Below, piece after piece: positions 34,940 to 46,760 of a DNA stretch of 64,000 nucleotides. A program made the translations under genes and the position numbers. The stretch lies in NCBI GenBank assembly GCA_023213395.1, contig CM041465.1, positions 250,363,741 to 250,427,740 on the forward strand, in the 5' to 3' direction. Every line of letters starts with the position of its first letter. The first letter of the stretch is position 1. This DNA comes from Cycas panzhihuaensis. Lineage: Eukaryota > Plantae > Cycadophyta. The notes under the pieces are model-generated. The model had not been told where the DNA came from. It did no database searches and was given only the letters and a program-made list of their open reading frames with translations.

Positions 34940-35993
34940 TGATCCAGGAGGATCTACCATATGTTTACAGGATGCGGAAAATGCTAGGCATTGGCATAAC
35001 TAAAAGAGATATGGCCAAATGGTATCAAAACTCTATGAAATTTTGTTTAAAGGGATAAGACACATCTCACTAGATGTGTACAAAAGGTGGGGTTCAGAAA
35101 ATATCATTTGATTAGAGTTCAAGCCTTGTCTTTGCATAAAAATTAATCCCACAGTTAGCAGAAAAAAACAGAAAATATATATTTTGATTATATGAATAGA
35201 AACATGGCCAAATGACATCAAAATGAGCTAAAATTTTTAGGAAGCGGAGGAGACATATGTTCCTATACGTGTACAAAATTTGAGCTAAATTGGAGTCCGT
35301 TAAGGTCAGTTACAAGCCGCAATTTTTATGAATTGTATGAAGGCCACTTGGACAGCAGAAAAACAGCAAATACATATTATTACTAAATGAATAAAAATGC
35401 AGTCAAATGACATCCAAATGAGCTGAAAATTTGAGGAAGTTGAGGGGACATACGTTCCTATACGTGTACCAAATTTTAGCCAAATTGGAGTACGTTAAGA
35501 TTTGTTACAAACTACAACTTTTTAAGAATTGTATGAAGGCCACTTGGACAACATGCATTCTGGTGGTTAGTGGTTATACTTGCATGATTGCCACTTGTTA
35601 AACATGCAATTCAGGTTTCTTTCTATAAATTGAGCCATTCTACAGGTTGGAGAGGTGGTTCTTGGAGACTTGACTTGGGAAGCATCCTTTGAGAAGCATT
35701 TGGAGGGTTGGAATCCCCCTTATGGTATAATTGTAACATTTACTCCTTGTAATTTTACCATTCTTTTGCTAGTTGATTTCTCCACCATTAAATGGAGATT
35801 TTCATGGTTTAATAAAAGTATTACTCATCATACTTTTGGATCAATGTCAAGAATAATTGATTTGGTGTAGAATTTTCCTTTCATGGGCTCATTGTTGTTT
35901 TGATGTTATTAAGCTTTCTACACTAACTCCCAGGATCTCAAGGAGGAAAGGTTGATAATTGATTTCTTCACCAACTAAGCTCTTTTGGGATCA
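34940..35993 (+). repeat. F 5' LTR, with internal ~197-bp tandem repeats (35157-35549)
   Basis: Near-identical to 40599-41652. TATA-like tataaat at ~35624. Confidence 0.98.
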
Positions 35994-36034
35994 TATTTTG
36001 GTATCGAGCCTCGATCTTTGTTGTAGGGACTTGA

Positions 36035-39000
36035 ATGGTACAAACAAGGAAAGGATACAAAGAGAAAGGTGAAGACTTTCTTGTGTTGCAATCACCAAGA
36101 AGACAAAGAAAGAATCCAAACACCATGGTCGAAAAGAAGATGGAGAAATTAGATTTGAAAGGCTTGAGAAGAACGTCAAGCCTTGATGCAAATGATGACC
36201 CACCTTCTACCTCTAGTCAAAGGAAAAGGCAAAGAGAAGGAATTTGAAGGAGGATCCACATATGACCACGACCATGAAGAGGAAGAGGAGGAGACCTTAA
36301 AGCACTCTTTTGAAGAAAGCAAGGGTACTTCATCTCATCAACCCTTCAAGGTGGAGGCAAAGTTGGATATTCCAACTTATGATGGAGAGGTAAATGCTGA
36401 AAAGTTGGACCATTGGTTGGATCAACTTGAAACCTACTTCACAATCTATGCTTATAGTAATGCTCAAAAGCTTTCATTTGCTAGGCTCAAGTTGTGTAAA
36501 CATGCATTGACATGGTGGAATGCATATTTAAAGACTCATGATGTATCTTCTTTTTCATGGAGGGATTTTAAGAAAATAATAAAGAAGCAATTCTACCCCA
36601 TAGGTCATGAGGAAGACCAATGGGTCACTTGGCAATATTTACGCCAAGGGAGAGGTGTAAGTGTCCAAGACTATACTTCTTTATTTTTTAGGCATGGCAT
36701 GCTACTTGGTATTAATATGGATGAACATGTCACTCTTATGAAATTCATTGGAGGATTACATGAATACATAAGGAAGGAACTAAGGCTTTTTAAGGTTCAA
36801 TCCATTGGAGAAGCAAGTAGGATGGCTATGGCAATAGAAAGTAAAAGTAAGAAATCTACATTCATGTCTAAAGATTCTACTTTTACTTCTAATAAGTATG
36901 AAAAGAATCCTAAATGGCACTCATCAAAAAGGCAAGAAGGAAAGAAGAAAAGAACTAATTTTGTTAAAAGTTCTAACTATTGTGAGCATTGTGATATTAG
37001 TGGTCATATTACAGCAAAGTGTTGGAAGTTGCAACCAGAACTAAAGCCGAAGCATAACAAGGATATGGAATTAAGAAAGAAGGAAAAAGGGAAAGCACTA
37101 CTTTCTGAGGTGGAGATTCAAAGTGAAGGAGAAGAAGAGAAGGTCACTCTACTTACAAATTATGAAGATGATGCTACAAGGAGGAACTATTTCACTTGAA
37201 GCTTCAAGTGGGAAATAGTATGATTGGTGCCATTATAGATCCAGAAGCCAAAAGAATTTGATCTCAGAAAGTTTGGTAAAGAGCATTGGTTTGGTAACTA
37301 CTCCTCACCCTCATCCATATCCTCTTGGTTGGATCCATAAAGATGTGGAAACGCAAATATCAAAGCAATGTACACTTAAATTTTCCATCACTAATGATTT
37401 TGTTGATGAGGTAATATGTGATGTGGTGCCACTGGATGTATGCCATGTTGTGCTTGGAAGTCCCTACTTGTGGGATCGAGATGCACTCTTCTATCGAAGG
37501 GAGAGAAAGTATCGATTGATGAAGGATAACAAGGGCTTCATCATAAAGGCCACAAAGAAGCACTTGGATAAGATAGCATTAATTTCAATACTCAAGCAAA
37601 AGGATGATCAATGCATGTGGTAAATTTGTCATCTTAATAGTAAGGAGAAAAGAAGAGCCAAGAGATGAAGAAGGTCCTTCTACTCACACTCTTCTTATAT
37701 CACCTAAACAAATGCAACAAATTGAGGAGTTAAAGACAAGGTATGATATTCTATTTCAACATGTTGATGGGCTTCCACCAAAGAGAAAGATAGAGCATGA
37801 AATCACTCTTGTAGGAGATGCACCATTACCTAATGTTGCTTTGTATAGGCACTCCATTGTAGAAAATAATGAGATAAAGAGGCAAGTTGAGGAGTTGCTT
37901 GATCAAGGGGTCATAAGACCTTCATGTTCACCTTGTGGGTCACCAATTGTCTTGGTGCCTAAGAAGGATGGAGGATGGAGAATGTGTATAGATTTTCGTG
38001 CTTTGAATAAAATTACAATTAAAATCGCTACCCTTTGCCTCGTATAGATGATTTGCTTGATCAAATTCAAAGATGCTTGTTATTTCACTAAATTGGATTT
38101 AAAAGTGGTTATCACCAAGTTAGGGTCAAGGAGGAGGACACATGGAAGACGGCCTTCAAAACAAAGCAAGGACTCTTTGAATGGATGGTTATGCCTTTCG
38201 GATTGTGTAATGCTCCCCGCAACATTCATGAGGCTAATGAATGAAATATTAAGGCCTTACTTGGATAATTTTGTTGTTGTCTATCTTGATGACATTTTGA
38301 TTTTCAAAGAACACATGGGAGGAACATTTGCAAGACATAAAAGAAGTTTTAAAGACTATGGCTAAGCATCATTTGAAGCTTAATGTGAAGAAGTGTGAAT
38401 TTGGCAAGGAGAACTTGATCTTCTTAGGCTTTGTGGTTGGAGGAGGAAAGTTGAGCATTGATCCACTCAAGACTCAAGCCATCCTCAAATGGCCTAGGCC
38501 AACAAACATCACAGAGGTGAGAAGTTTTTAGAGCTTGTCAATACTTGAGAAAGTTCATTCTTCATTTCTCACAGTTGCAAGACACCTCTACATGGATTGA
38601 CAAAATCTAGTAGAAAGTTTACTTGGGGTTCCAAAGAGGAAGAAGCCTTTCTTCTTTAAAGAAGAAAATTTGTGAAGCAAGGTTTTGGCAATGCCAAATT
38701 TGCAAAGGCCTTTTGAAGTCGAAGTCGATGCGAGTGGAAATGCGATGGGAGTCGTCCTTATTCAAGATGGGAAGCCTATTGCGTACCATTGAAGTCTTCA
38801 CCCTCAAGTGAAGAACTACCCAACATATGATCGAGAAATGTTCGCACTTCATCAAGCATGCAAGCATTGGAGGTCATACTTGCTCGGAAAAGAGGTTGTA
38901 GTTCATACCGATCATAAGCCTCTTTAATTTTACAAACTCAAAGTAAATTACAAAGCAAGACACATGAAGTGGATGAGTTATTTACAACAATTCAATATTG

Positions 39001-40560
39001 TAATTAAGTATAAAAGGGATCTAATAACAAAATTGCGATATGTTATCTAGACCACCTTGTTCCACTTCTTCTTCTACTTTTGTTTGTAGTTCTCTTATGA
39101 GTTTGTAGGTGGAACCAATGCATCATGAAGAGTACAAAGACTTGTACCATGAAGATGAAGCTTTGAAGGAAGAATTAGAGAACCTAGCGAAAGGAAGACC
39201 TTCCCAGCTTGCTTGGAAGGATGGTCTACTTTTCAAAGTGGAGCAGCTCTATGTTCCATCAAAAGGAGACAAGATCAAGTGGCTTAGAGAAGCCCATACT
39301 TCTAAAGTAGCTGGTCACTTTGGTATAGAAGACTTTAGCAAACTTGAGAAGATATGTTGTATGGCCAAAAATGCAAAATGATGTAAAAAAATATGTAAAA
39401 TGATGTGTAATGTGTAATACTTCTAAGCCTTCTTCTAGAAAATTAGGATTGTATACACCACTACCTATTCCCACTAGGCCTTGGGAAAGTATCTCCATTG
39501 ATTTTTAGGGGACTTCCCATGACTAGGAAGGGACATGATTATCATTTTGTTGTTGTAGATAGGTTTAGTAAAATGATATGTCTAATACCTTGTAAGAAGA
39601 CAATCACAGTGCAGGGAGCGGTGAGTTATTCTTCGAGCATGTATGGAAGAATTTTGGCTTGCCTTCTTCCATCATTTCAGATCAGGACACTCGATTCCTT
39701 TCATCATTTTGGAAGTCACTATGGGAGATGATGGATACCAAATTGAAGAGGAGTACAAATTTCCATCCTCAAACAGATGGACAAACCGAAGTAGTGAATG
39801 TAACTTTGGTACATCTATTGAGGATACAATTCAAGCATCCAAAGACTTGGGATGAATCATTGGCTTTTCTACAATTTGCTTTTAATAGAGCAATGCATGC
39901 ATCACACTCTAAAGCACCTTTTGAAGTTTGTTTGGGATACTTACCTCAAAGTCCATTTGACTTGGAGTTTTCCATGCAAGCTAAGGAAGGATCCGTCAAA
40001 GAGAAGGAGGAGCATGACAAGGCTTTAAGATACTTGGAGAAGATCCGAGAGCCCACAAAGAAGTACATGATCAACTTCTAAGGACTCAACAAAAGTACAA
40101 GGAAAGACATGATAAGCATAGGCAAGAGTGTACTTTCCAAGAAGGAGATTTAGTATGGTTATACTTGAGCAAGGAGAGGTTAAAAGGAGAAGGTAAGAAA
40201 CTCAAACCTATAAGGTATGGACCATTCAAGATTTTGAGAAAAGTAGGTGGCAATGCTTTCCAACTTGATCTTCCACCTTATATGCAAATATATTCAGTAG
40301 TAAATGCTGAATACTTAAAACTCTTTGAGCCCTCCATGCTAGATGAGGAACAGGACCAGTTCACTTTACCTTGATTGATGATTTGTATTTGGAAAGTGAG
40401 GAGCCTCTCAAGGAAGATTGTATCTTGGAGAAAATCTACCAAAACAAGACATAAGACACATGAATCTTTTAGGATTGGAGTAGCAAGGCAATTGCCTAGT
40501 AAGGCCAAGTGGTTTAGTAGGCAACAAGGAGAACAACACTTCCCCATCTCCAATTCTAAG
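36035..40560 (+). pseudogene. F gag-pol polyprotein (gag, protease, RT, RNase H, integrase, C-terminal chromodomain-like tail), frameshifted in this sequence
   Basis: Successive ORF fragments give KLDIPTYDGE..WWN (gag), CEHCDISGHITAKC, PHPHPYPLGW/VVLGSPYL (protease), [50 protein letters not shown] and KLKPIRYGPF. They are joined by many single-base indels. Confidence 0.93.
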
Positions 40561-40598
40561 CCAAACAGAGTTGGCTATTTTCCAAGGAAGGGGAGCCA

Positions 40599-41652
40599 TG
40601 ATCCAGGAGGATCTACCATATGTTTACAGGATGCGGAAAATGCTAGGCATTGGCATAACTAAAAGAGATATGGCCAAATGGTATCAAAACTCTATGAAAT
40701 TTTGTTTAAAGGGATAAGACACATCTCACTAGATGTGTACAAAAGGTGGGGTTCAGAAAATATCATTTGATTAGAGTTCAATCCTTGTCTTTGCATAAAA
40801 ATTAATCCCACAGTTAGCAGAAAAAAATAGAAAATATATATTTTGATTATATGAATAGAAACATGGCAAAATGACATCAAAATGAGCTAAAATTTTGTGG
40901 AAGCGGAGGAAACATATGTTCCTATATGTGTACAAAATTTGAGCTAAATTGGAGTCCGTTAAGGTCAGTTACAAGCCGCAACTTTTATGAATTGTATGAA
41001 GGCCACTTGGACAGCAGAAAAATAGCAAATACATATTATTACTAAATAAATAAAAATGCAGTCAAATGACATCCAAATGAGCTAAAAATTTGAGGAATCT
41101 TATGGGACATACGTTCCTATACGTGTACCAAATTTGAGCCAAATTGGAGTACGTTAAGATCTGTTACAAACTACAACGTTTTAAGAATTGTATGAAGGCC
41201 ACTTGGACAACATGCATTCTGGTGGTTAGTGGTTATACTTACATGATTGCCACTTGTTAAACATGCAATTCAGGTTTCTTTCTATAAATTGAGCCCTTCT
41301 ACAGGTTGGAGAGGTGGTTCTTGGAGACTTGACTTGGGAAGCATCCTTGGAGAAGCATTTGGAGGGTTGGAATCCCCCTTATGGTATAATTGTAACATTT
41401 ACTCCTTGTAATTTTACCATTCTTTTGCTAGTTGATTTCTCCACCATTAAATGGAGATTTTCATGGTTTAATAAAAGTATTACTCATCATACTTTTGGAT
41501 CAATGTCAAGAATAATTGATTTGGTGTAGAATTTTCCTTTCATGGGCTCATTGTTGTTTTGATGTTATTGAGCTTTCTACACTAACTCCCAGGATCTCAA
41601 GGAGGAAAGGTTGATAATTGATTTCTTCACCAACTAAGCTCTTTTGGGATCA
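40599..41652 (+). repeat. F 3' LTR
   Basis: Follows the PPT and is followed by TSD ACATG. Confidence 0.98.
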
Positions 41653-43082
41653 ACATGTCATGGTTTTACCATTAGTGATAGTAACTTAGAATGCATTGAG
41701 GGCTTGGATAGGTAAACCTAGATTTTTTATTATCAATTTGTTAATGAAATCATATGTGTTTCCATTATTAATAAAGATTACAATTTTAGCTCCCTTGATT
41801 ATTTCTTGGAAACGTAGTATTTTTGGGGTGTGGACTTCTCCTATAATTTCCTATAAGGATATCTGGATATTTTCAATATTAATGTTAAGTGATTCTTCAA
41901 TCTTTCCCTCACCATAAGTATTTAATAATTTTTTCTCCATTTCAACTAGAATGTCTACATCCTCATTGTTAATCATGAATACCTTCTTGGATGGACATTT
42001 ATGGTCTTAGTTCCATTTTCCCTCATATTTGAAATAAGTCCCTTTCTTAATATGCTCTACTTTTGAGAATTTATTCGCAATTGATCCCTCTTTATTTTAT
42101 TTAGTAATAAGTGCCTCCTCTTTTATTCTTTATCTATTCTAATTTGGTTGGAAAATTTGGCCCTAGTGGCAGGAAAGTTCAATTAGATAGGTAAATTTAT
42201 GTCTTCCTTCTTTATACTCAGCTTCCACATTCTAAGCATAGAATATAGTTTCACTTGAAGTGATTGATTTAATTATTTTTAGGTGCTATTTGATATTTCC
42301 TCTAAACCCTATGACATAATCTTAGATAAGTAATTCTTCTACAATTTTGTGGTTGACCAAACTATGTAATATTTGGAATTATTTGATGTAGGATTGAGCT
42401 AAACCAATTTGTTGTAAGTGCATCAGTTGGGTGAAGTAGTTAGTATTCCAAGTGTCTTCATATTGTTTTATAAGGTATTATTTTAGAAAGAACTAATTGT
42501 CATTTATTATTCCTCTATATAAATTTCTTCACCAATAGAACCACTTAAGTGCCTTTCCTTATAAGTGGAGGGATGCCACCAGAATTTGTTCCTTGCTTGA
42601 AAATGTATTTGTCTGGAAATAGGTTTCCATCTATATTATCCAACTATGAATGTCCCTTAATTTATTGGAAAATAAAAAATTGGTATCTCTGAGACCCTTG
42701 ATTGGTTCGAAGTACCATTTCTCTTGGTATTTCTCTTGGGATTTATTTCCTCCTTGATCTAATATTCCTGAATTATCTTTGAAGTATTGTTTCCTCTTTC
42801 AGGATCCCTTGGGTATTTCTTTGATCCTAGTTATAGTTTCTTCCATGCTGGCTATATCATTGGCTATATTGTCTACCCTTCTATTTATATCTTTGATGGT
42901 TATAGATGGTTGGTTCATCATTTTTCTAGTTGTAAATGTCTTCCCTAATCTTAGTTCATTATAAGGAAATAAAGGACAAAAAATGTTTTTAGCCTTTTTT
43001 TTTTTATTTGGTCACCCTGATAATGACTATCAAGCTTAAATTTCTCTGTATGATACCTTAATAACAAGGATATGATACCACT

Positions 43083-43593
43083 TGTGGGAATCCCACAAGG
43101 ATTCACACCTTAATTGCTACTAAATCTTTATATAGTAGACTCACTTGAATTCTAATTTAAGTAATTTATCTAAAGAAAAGAAATTTATATAAAAACTATT
43201 ATTATATAACTCAAAAAATAAATTAAAATATCAAGTAAAATAATATATATAATTATCAAATACTTACATGATATGAAAGTTTGAATCTAGCTCTCTCTTT
43301 GAGGCAAGGTAACCTCCAAACTATCGTGCTTAAGGCTGATAATATAGTATATCCTAATTCTTAAAGGTACCCTAGAACAAGGCCAAATAGCCTTATAAAT
43401 AGGCAGGAAGAAAGGTACCAAGGACTTCAACTAAGAGAGAAAGAAGAATTCAAACAAAATAAAGAAAAGAGTTTAGACATAGCACTCTTGAAAGTCAACT
43501 AGAAAGAAATATAAATACTACTAGTTTAAAGTTGGTTACACTGAGACAACATACATAATAGAAGTTAGCTAGACTACAAAAGGGAATGATATA
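43083..43593 (-). repeat. D 5' LTR
   Basis: Adjacent to the PBS. Host C coding sequence resumes after 43597. Confidence 0.92.
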
Positions 43594-45316
43594 ATTTAGT
43601 AATGTAGATCCTAGAATTAAGTTAACATACTATTATACTACCATGGCCTCCCCAATAATATATGGCATGCATCTATTAGGAGAACATCACACCATACCTC
43701 ATCACGATACATGTGCCCAATGGTAAGTTTCATTGAATATCTCTTATCCATTACCACCTCACTCCCTTTCTTCACTTATAAAACTTTGTAGGGAGTTAGA
43801 TGCATTTTGTAATGCAATCCTAATTTTTCTACCATCTCAGTAGAAACCATATTTTTACAACTTCCATTATCAATAACAACTTTATAAATATCACCTCCCA
43901 AGGTATATCTTGTCTAGAAGATATTGTTGTGCAACTATGAATCATCATTTTCTTTTGCTTTTACTTTTATCTGTACTTGACCTTATTTTGGAGTGATCAA
44001 AGTTCTCCTCAACATTGAGTTATCCCTAATGTCTTCTATAAATTTTGTAGGTTATTCCTCTGCATAAGTTAACTTTACTCTTGAATGCTCCCCTTGATTT
44101 CTTGGTTAGTCATAATAATAAGGATATTCATATGCCTTATGGCCTTCTTCAATACATCTAAAGTAAATAATGGGTCTCTTTAGTATATTACTTCTTCTAC
44201 TAAAATCTCTATCCTTATAGGCTCCTTAAAAACCTTTATCTCTTGGCTAGTTTTAGAAACCCCTATACTCTTGTCTCCCTAATGTCACACCTTACCTCTC
44301 TACCCAATTAAATAATCCCCTATAAGAGTAGTTATAGGTATCCCTACCTCTAAATATGGTTAATGGACCCTTCCTTACCATAGGTGGTTTTTTAGTAGGG
44401 TTTCTATTTTATTTCTCCTTTGTCTTTAAGGAAAATTAGTAAGAATCTTATACGCTATTAATTTTAAGTATGCTAAGTTCATCTTGGATGGAAACTTTTA
44501 TGTCATTTACATACTTGGTAGCCATCTAATTTTTTATTTCTTCATACTCTACCTTAATAGATAACTTATAAAATTCATTAGTATAGTCTTCGACATTTAT
44601 CTCTCTCTGCCTTAAGTTCTAAATATTTTTAAACAAGGTTTGAGAGTAGTCCATTAGAAGGATTTTCTCCTTAAGCTTCATTATTATCTTACTCCAAGTT
44701 TGAATCTTATTCTTCTTATTTCTTACTATCTCCTTCTACAAGTGATCTTACCATATCAATGCATACCCTTTCAATTTGGTGCATGTAACTTTTGCATTCT
44801 TCTCCTCTATTATTTCCTTCTATTCAAAGAATTTCTCCATATTGTTTAACTAGTCAACTAAGTCTTTAGGCTTTAAGTTGCCTCTATACTTTGAGACATC
44901 AATCTTCACCCTAGTATTCTTTTATTCTAGTGATTTCAACATTCTCTCCTTATAAAATGATGGTTCTTTTAGTCCCTCTTCCTCAAGCTCCACTCTAGCA
45001 TCTAGTTCTACTTCTACATCATTGGCATATTATCTTGAACCTTGTCCATTCCTCATGAAGGTCTCCTATTGCCTCAACACCACCTCTGTAAGTTTATTTA
45101 CCCTCCTTTATAGCTCTTGCATATTCTTGTTCAATTATGCAGTCCCTCCTCTGGCCATCTTGTCTCTGAAGTTGTTTGATCTCCTCCTACAAATTCTTTC
45201 AATCTGCTTCCAGTAATTCTCAAATGGATTTTAAAGAAAATACAAAACTTACAAATAATTTACTATAAATATCTTCTTTTATTCCTTCTAGATTTGAACA
45301 TCTCTCTAATACTAAA

Positions 45317-45898
45317 TGATGATCATTCCTTTAAAATACATGCATGCAAAGAAAACAAAGTATTTCAAAGTGAAAAATATAACCAAACTTTTCTAATCTA
45401 TTATAAATTTCTATCTTTCCATTCCAAAAACTAGTAAAACCAAAAATAGAGTTTTTTTACAATACTAAAAGTATCAAATTTGTGGTCTTTAGCCATTTAG
45501 AAATATAATTACCATCTCCTAAAATTAGGAAACTAACTTGGAGTACAAAAGAAAAAAAATAATAAATTTAAAAGTTTTTAGTTTTAGTAAATTTTAAAAA
45601 ATATACCAAATTGTACAAAAATTAACCCATGGGTAGTTAAACATATCACAAGCCCTACAAAACCACTAATAAAATAAAATTAATCCTTTATATAAGAAAT
45701 ATAATATCCTTGAAATCTTAATGGCCTTATAAAAAATTGAAAATAGTGTCATAAACAACAAAATGGATTACCACGATGTGCATTTTTTGAAAATCTACAT
45801 TTTTAAAAAAATGAGGCCAAAATAGACATATAGATTAAAAGTTGTAACCATGACAAGTTAGCCTTCTGAATTTAGAATTTGTAAATGTACTCACATTA
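45317..45898 (-). repeat. C 5' LTR
   Basis: Starts tgatgatc next to the PBS. Host A sequence resumes at 45899. Confidence 0.87.
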
Positions 45899-46760
45899 AT
45901 ATCCTTCTTTCTTTATTTTTTCCCCTTAGGTTACCACACTATAACTACTCTTTAGTTCTTCTCCTTCTACTATAGTCACTCCTCCAACTTAACTTCCTAG
46001 GGTCTAACCTAGCTATCCATAGTCTAATACTTCTTCCTTCAAGCTCCTCACTATTTACATAATCTTTTGTAAATGGTCTTGTTGCTAATTCCTTTAACTT
46101 GGTGTTTTTCAATCTCACCTACCAATTATCTTTATAATTACTAGTCTATATGTACGTTACTTTACTAATATCCTTATATTTATATGCCTCATGTTCTTTG
46201 AGAAGTAGGTGAAACTTTGCCAACCTTCTCATTGTATTTTGTCATCTACATATAGTTATCTTATTGTATTATTCATCTTGCATTTCAAGTCAACTTTTCC
46301 ATGAAGCCTATCACATGTTAGACTTTAATAGGCTTTGTAGTTTATTTGCTTGCTACTTTATTTATCTTTTCATCATCCTTGCTTGTTACCTCTCATGAAT
46401 CCCACACTCATAAGTCTATCTAATTCTTACCACATATCCTTCATTCAATAGATATCATTATCATCAAAGCTCATTGTTCACTACTCCTTCAACTTCCCAT
46501 TGTTGTATACCTCTAATTAAATGACTCATATTTAATGTTTGCATCTCTATTTTGTTGCCATAATCTTTGTAAACTTTTAATCTTTATTGCTCTCTTCCAA
46601 GCATCCAATCACTTATGAATTCCTCTAGATATGGCCATGTGTCTATAATCCTATGACCACCACTGCATAGTGACTCACTACTCTTGTAACTTCCTTTTAC
46701 TTTTACATCGTTGATCGATGGCTCAAATCTAGTCTCATATCAACCATTCAAAAGTTGTTT

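Larger units (their letters stand above)
34940..41652 (+). mobile_element. Element F: young full-length Ty3/Gypsy (CRM-like chromoviral lineage)
   Basis: 1054-bp LTRs at 34940-35993 and 40599-41652 (TG...CA, ~22 substitutions, no indels by eye). Perfect TSD ACATG at 34935-34939 and 41653-41657. PBS tggtatc-gagcc 35999-36010. PPT aaggaaggggag 40584-40595. Confidence 0.98.
23564..43593 (-). mobile_element. Element D: degenerate Ty3/Gypsy chromovirus, interrupted by F and G
   Basis: LTRs 23564-24103 and 43083-43593. PBS rc tggtatcata 43071-43080. PPT rc ttcaaggggaggaatt 24104-24119. Gag 42200-42700, protease IFINNGNTYDFIN ~41740-41780, [14 protein letters not shown] ~34075-34110, INT 32420-33100 continuing 24400-24790, chromodomain EYLIKWKILNQEDTIWE ~24178-24230. 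Apparent 4-bp TSD ATTT. Confidence 0.94.

Noticed and set aside
35033-35870. Short ORFs duplicated at 40692-41529
   Set aside because: They lie inside F's LTRs. The duplication only reflects LTR identity and there are no domain motifs.
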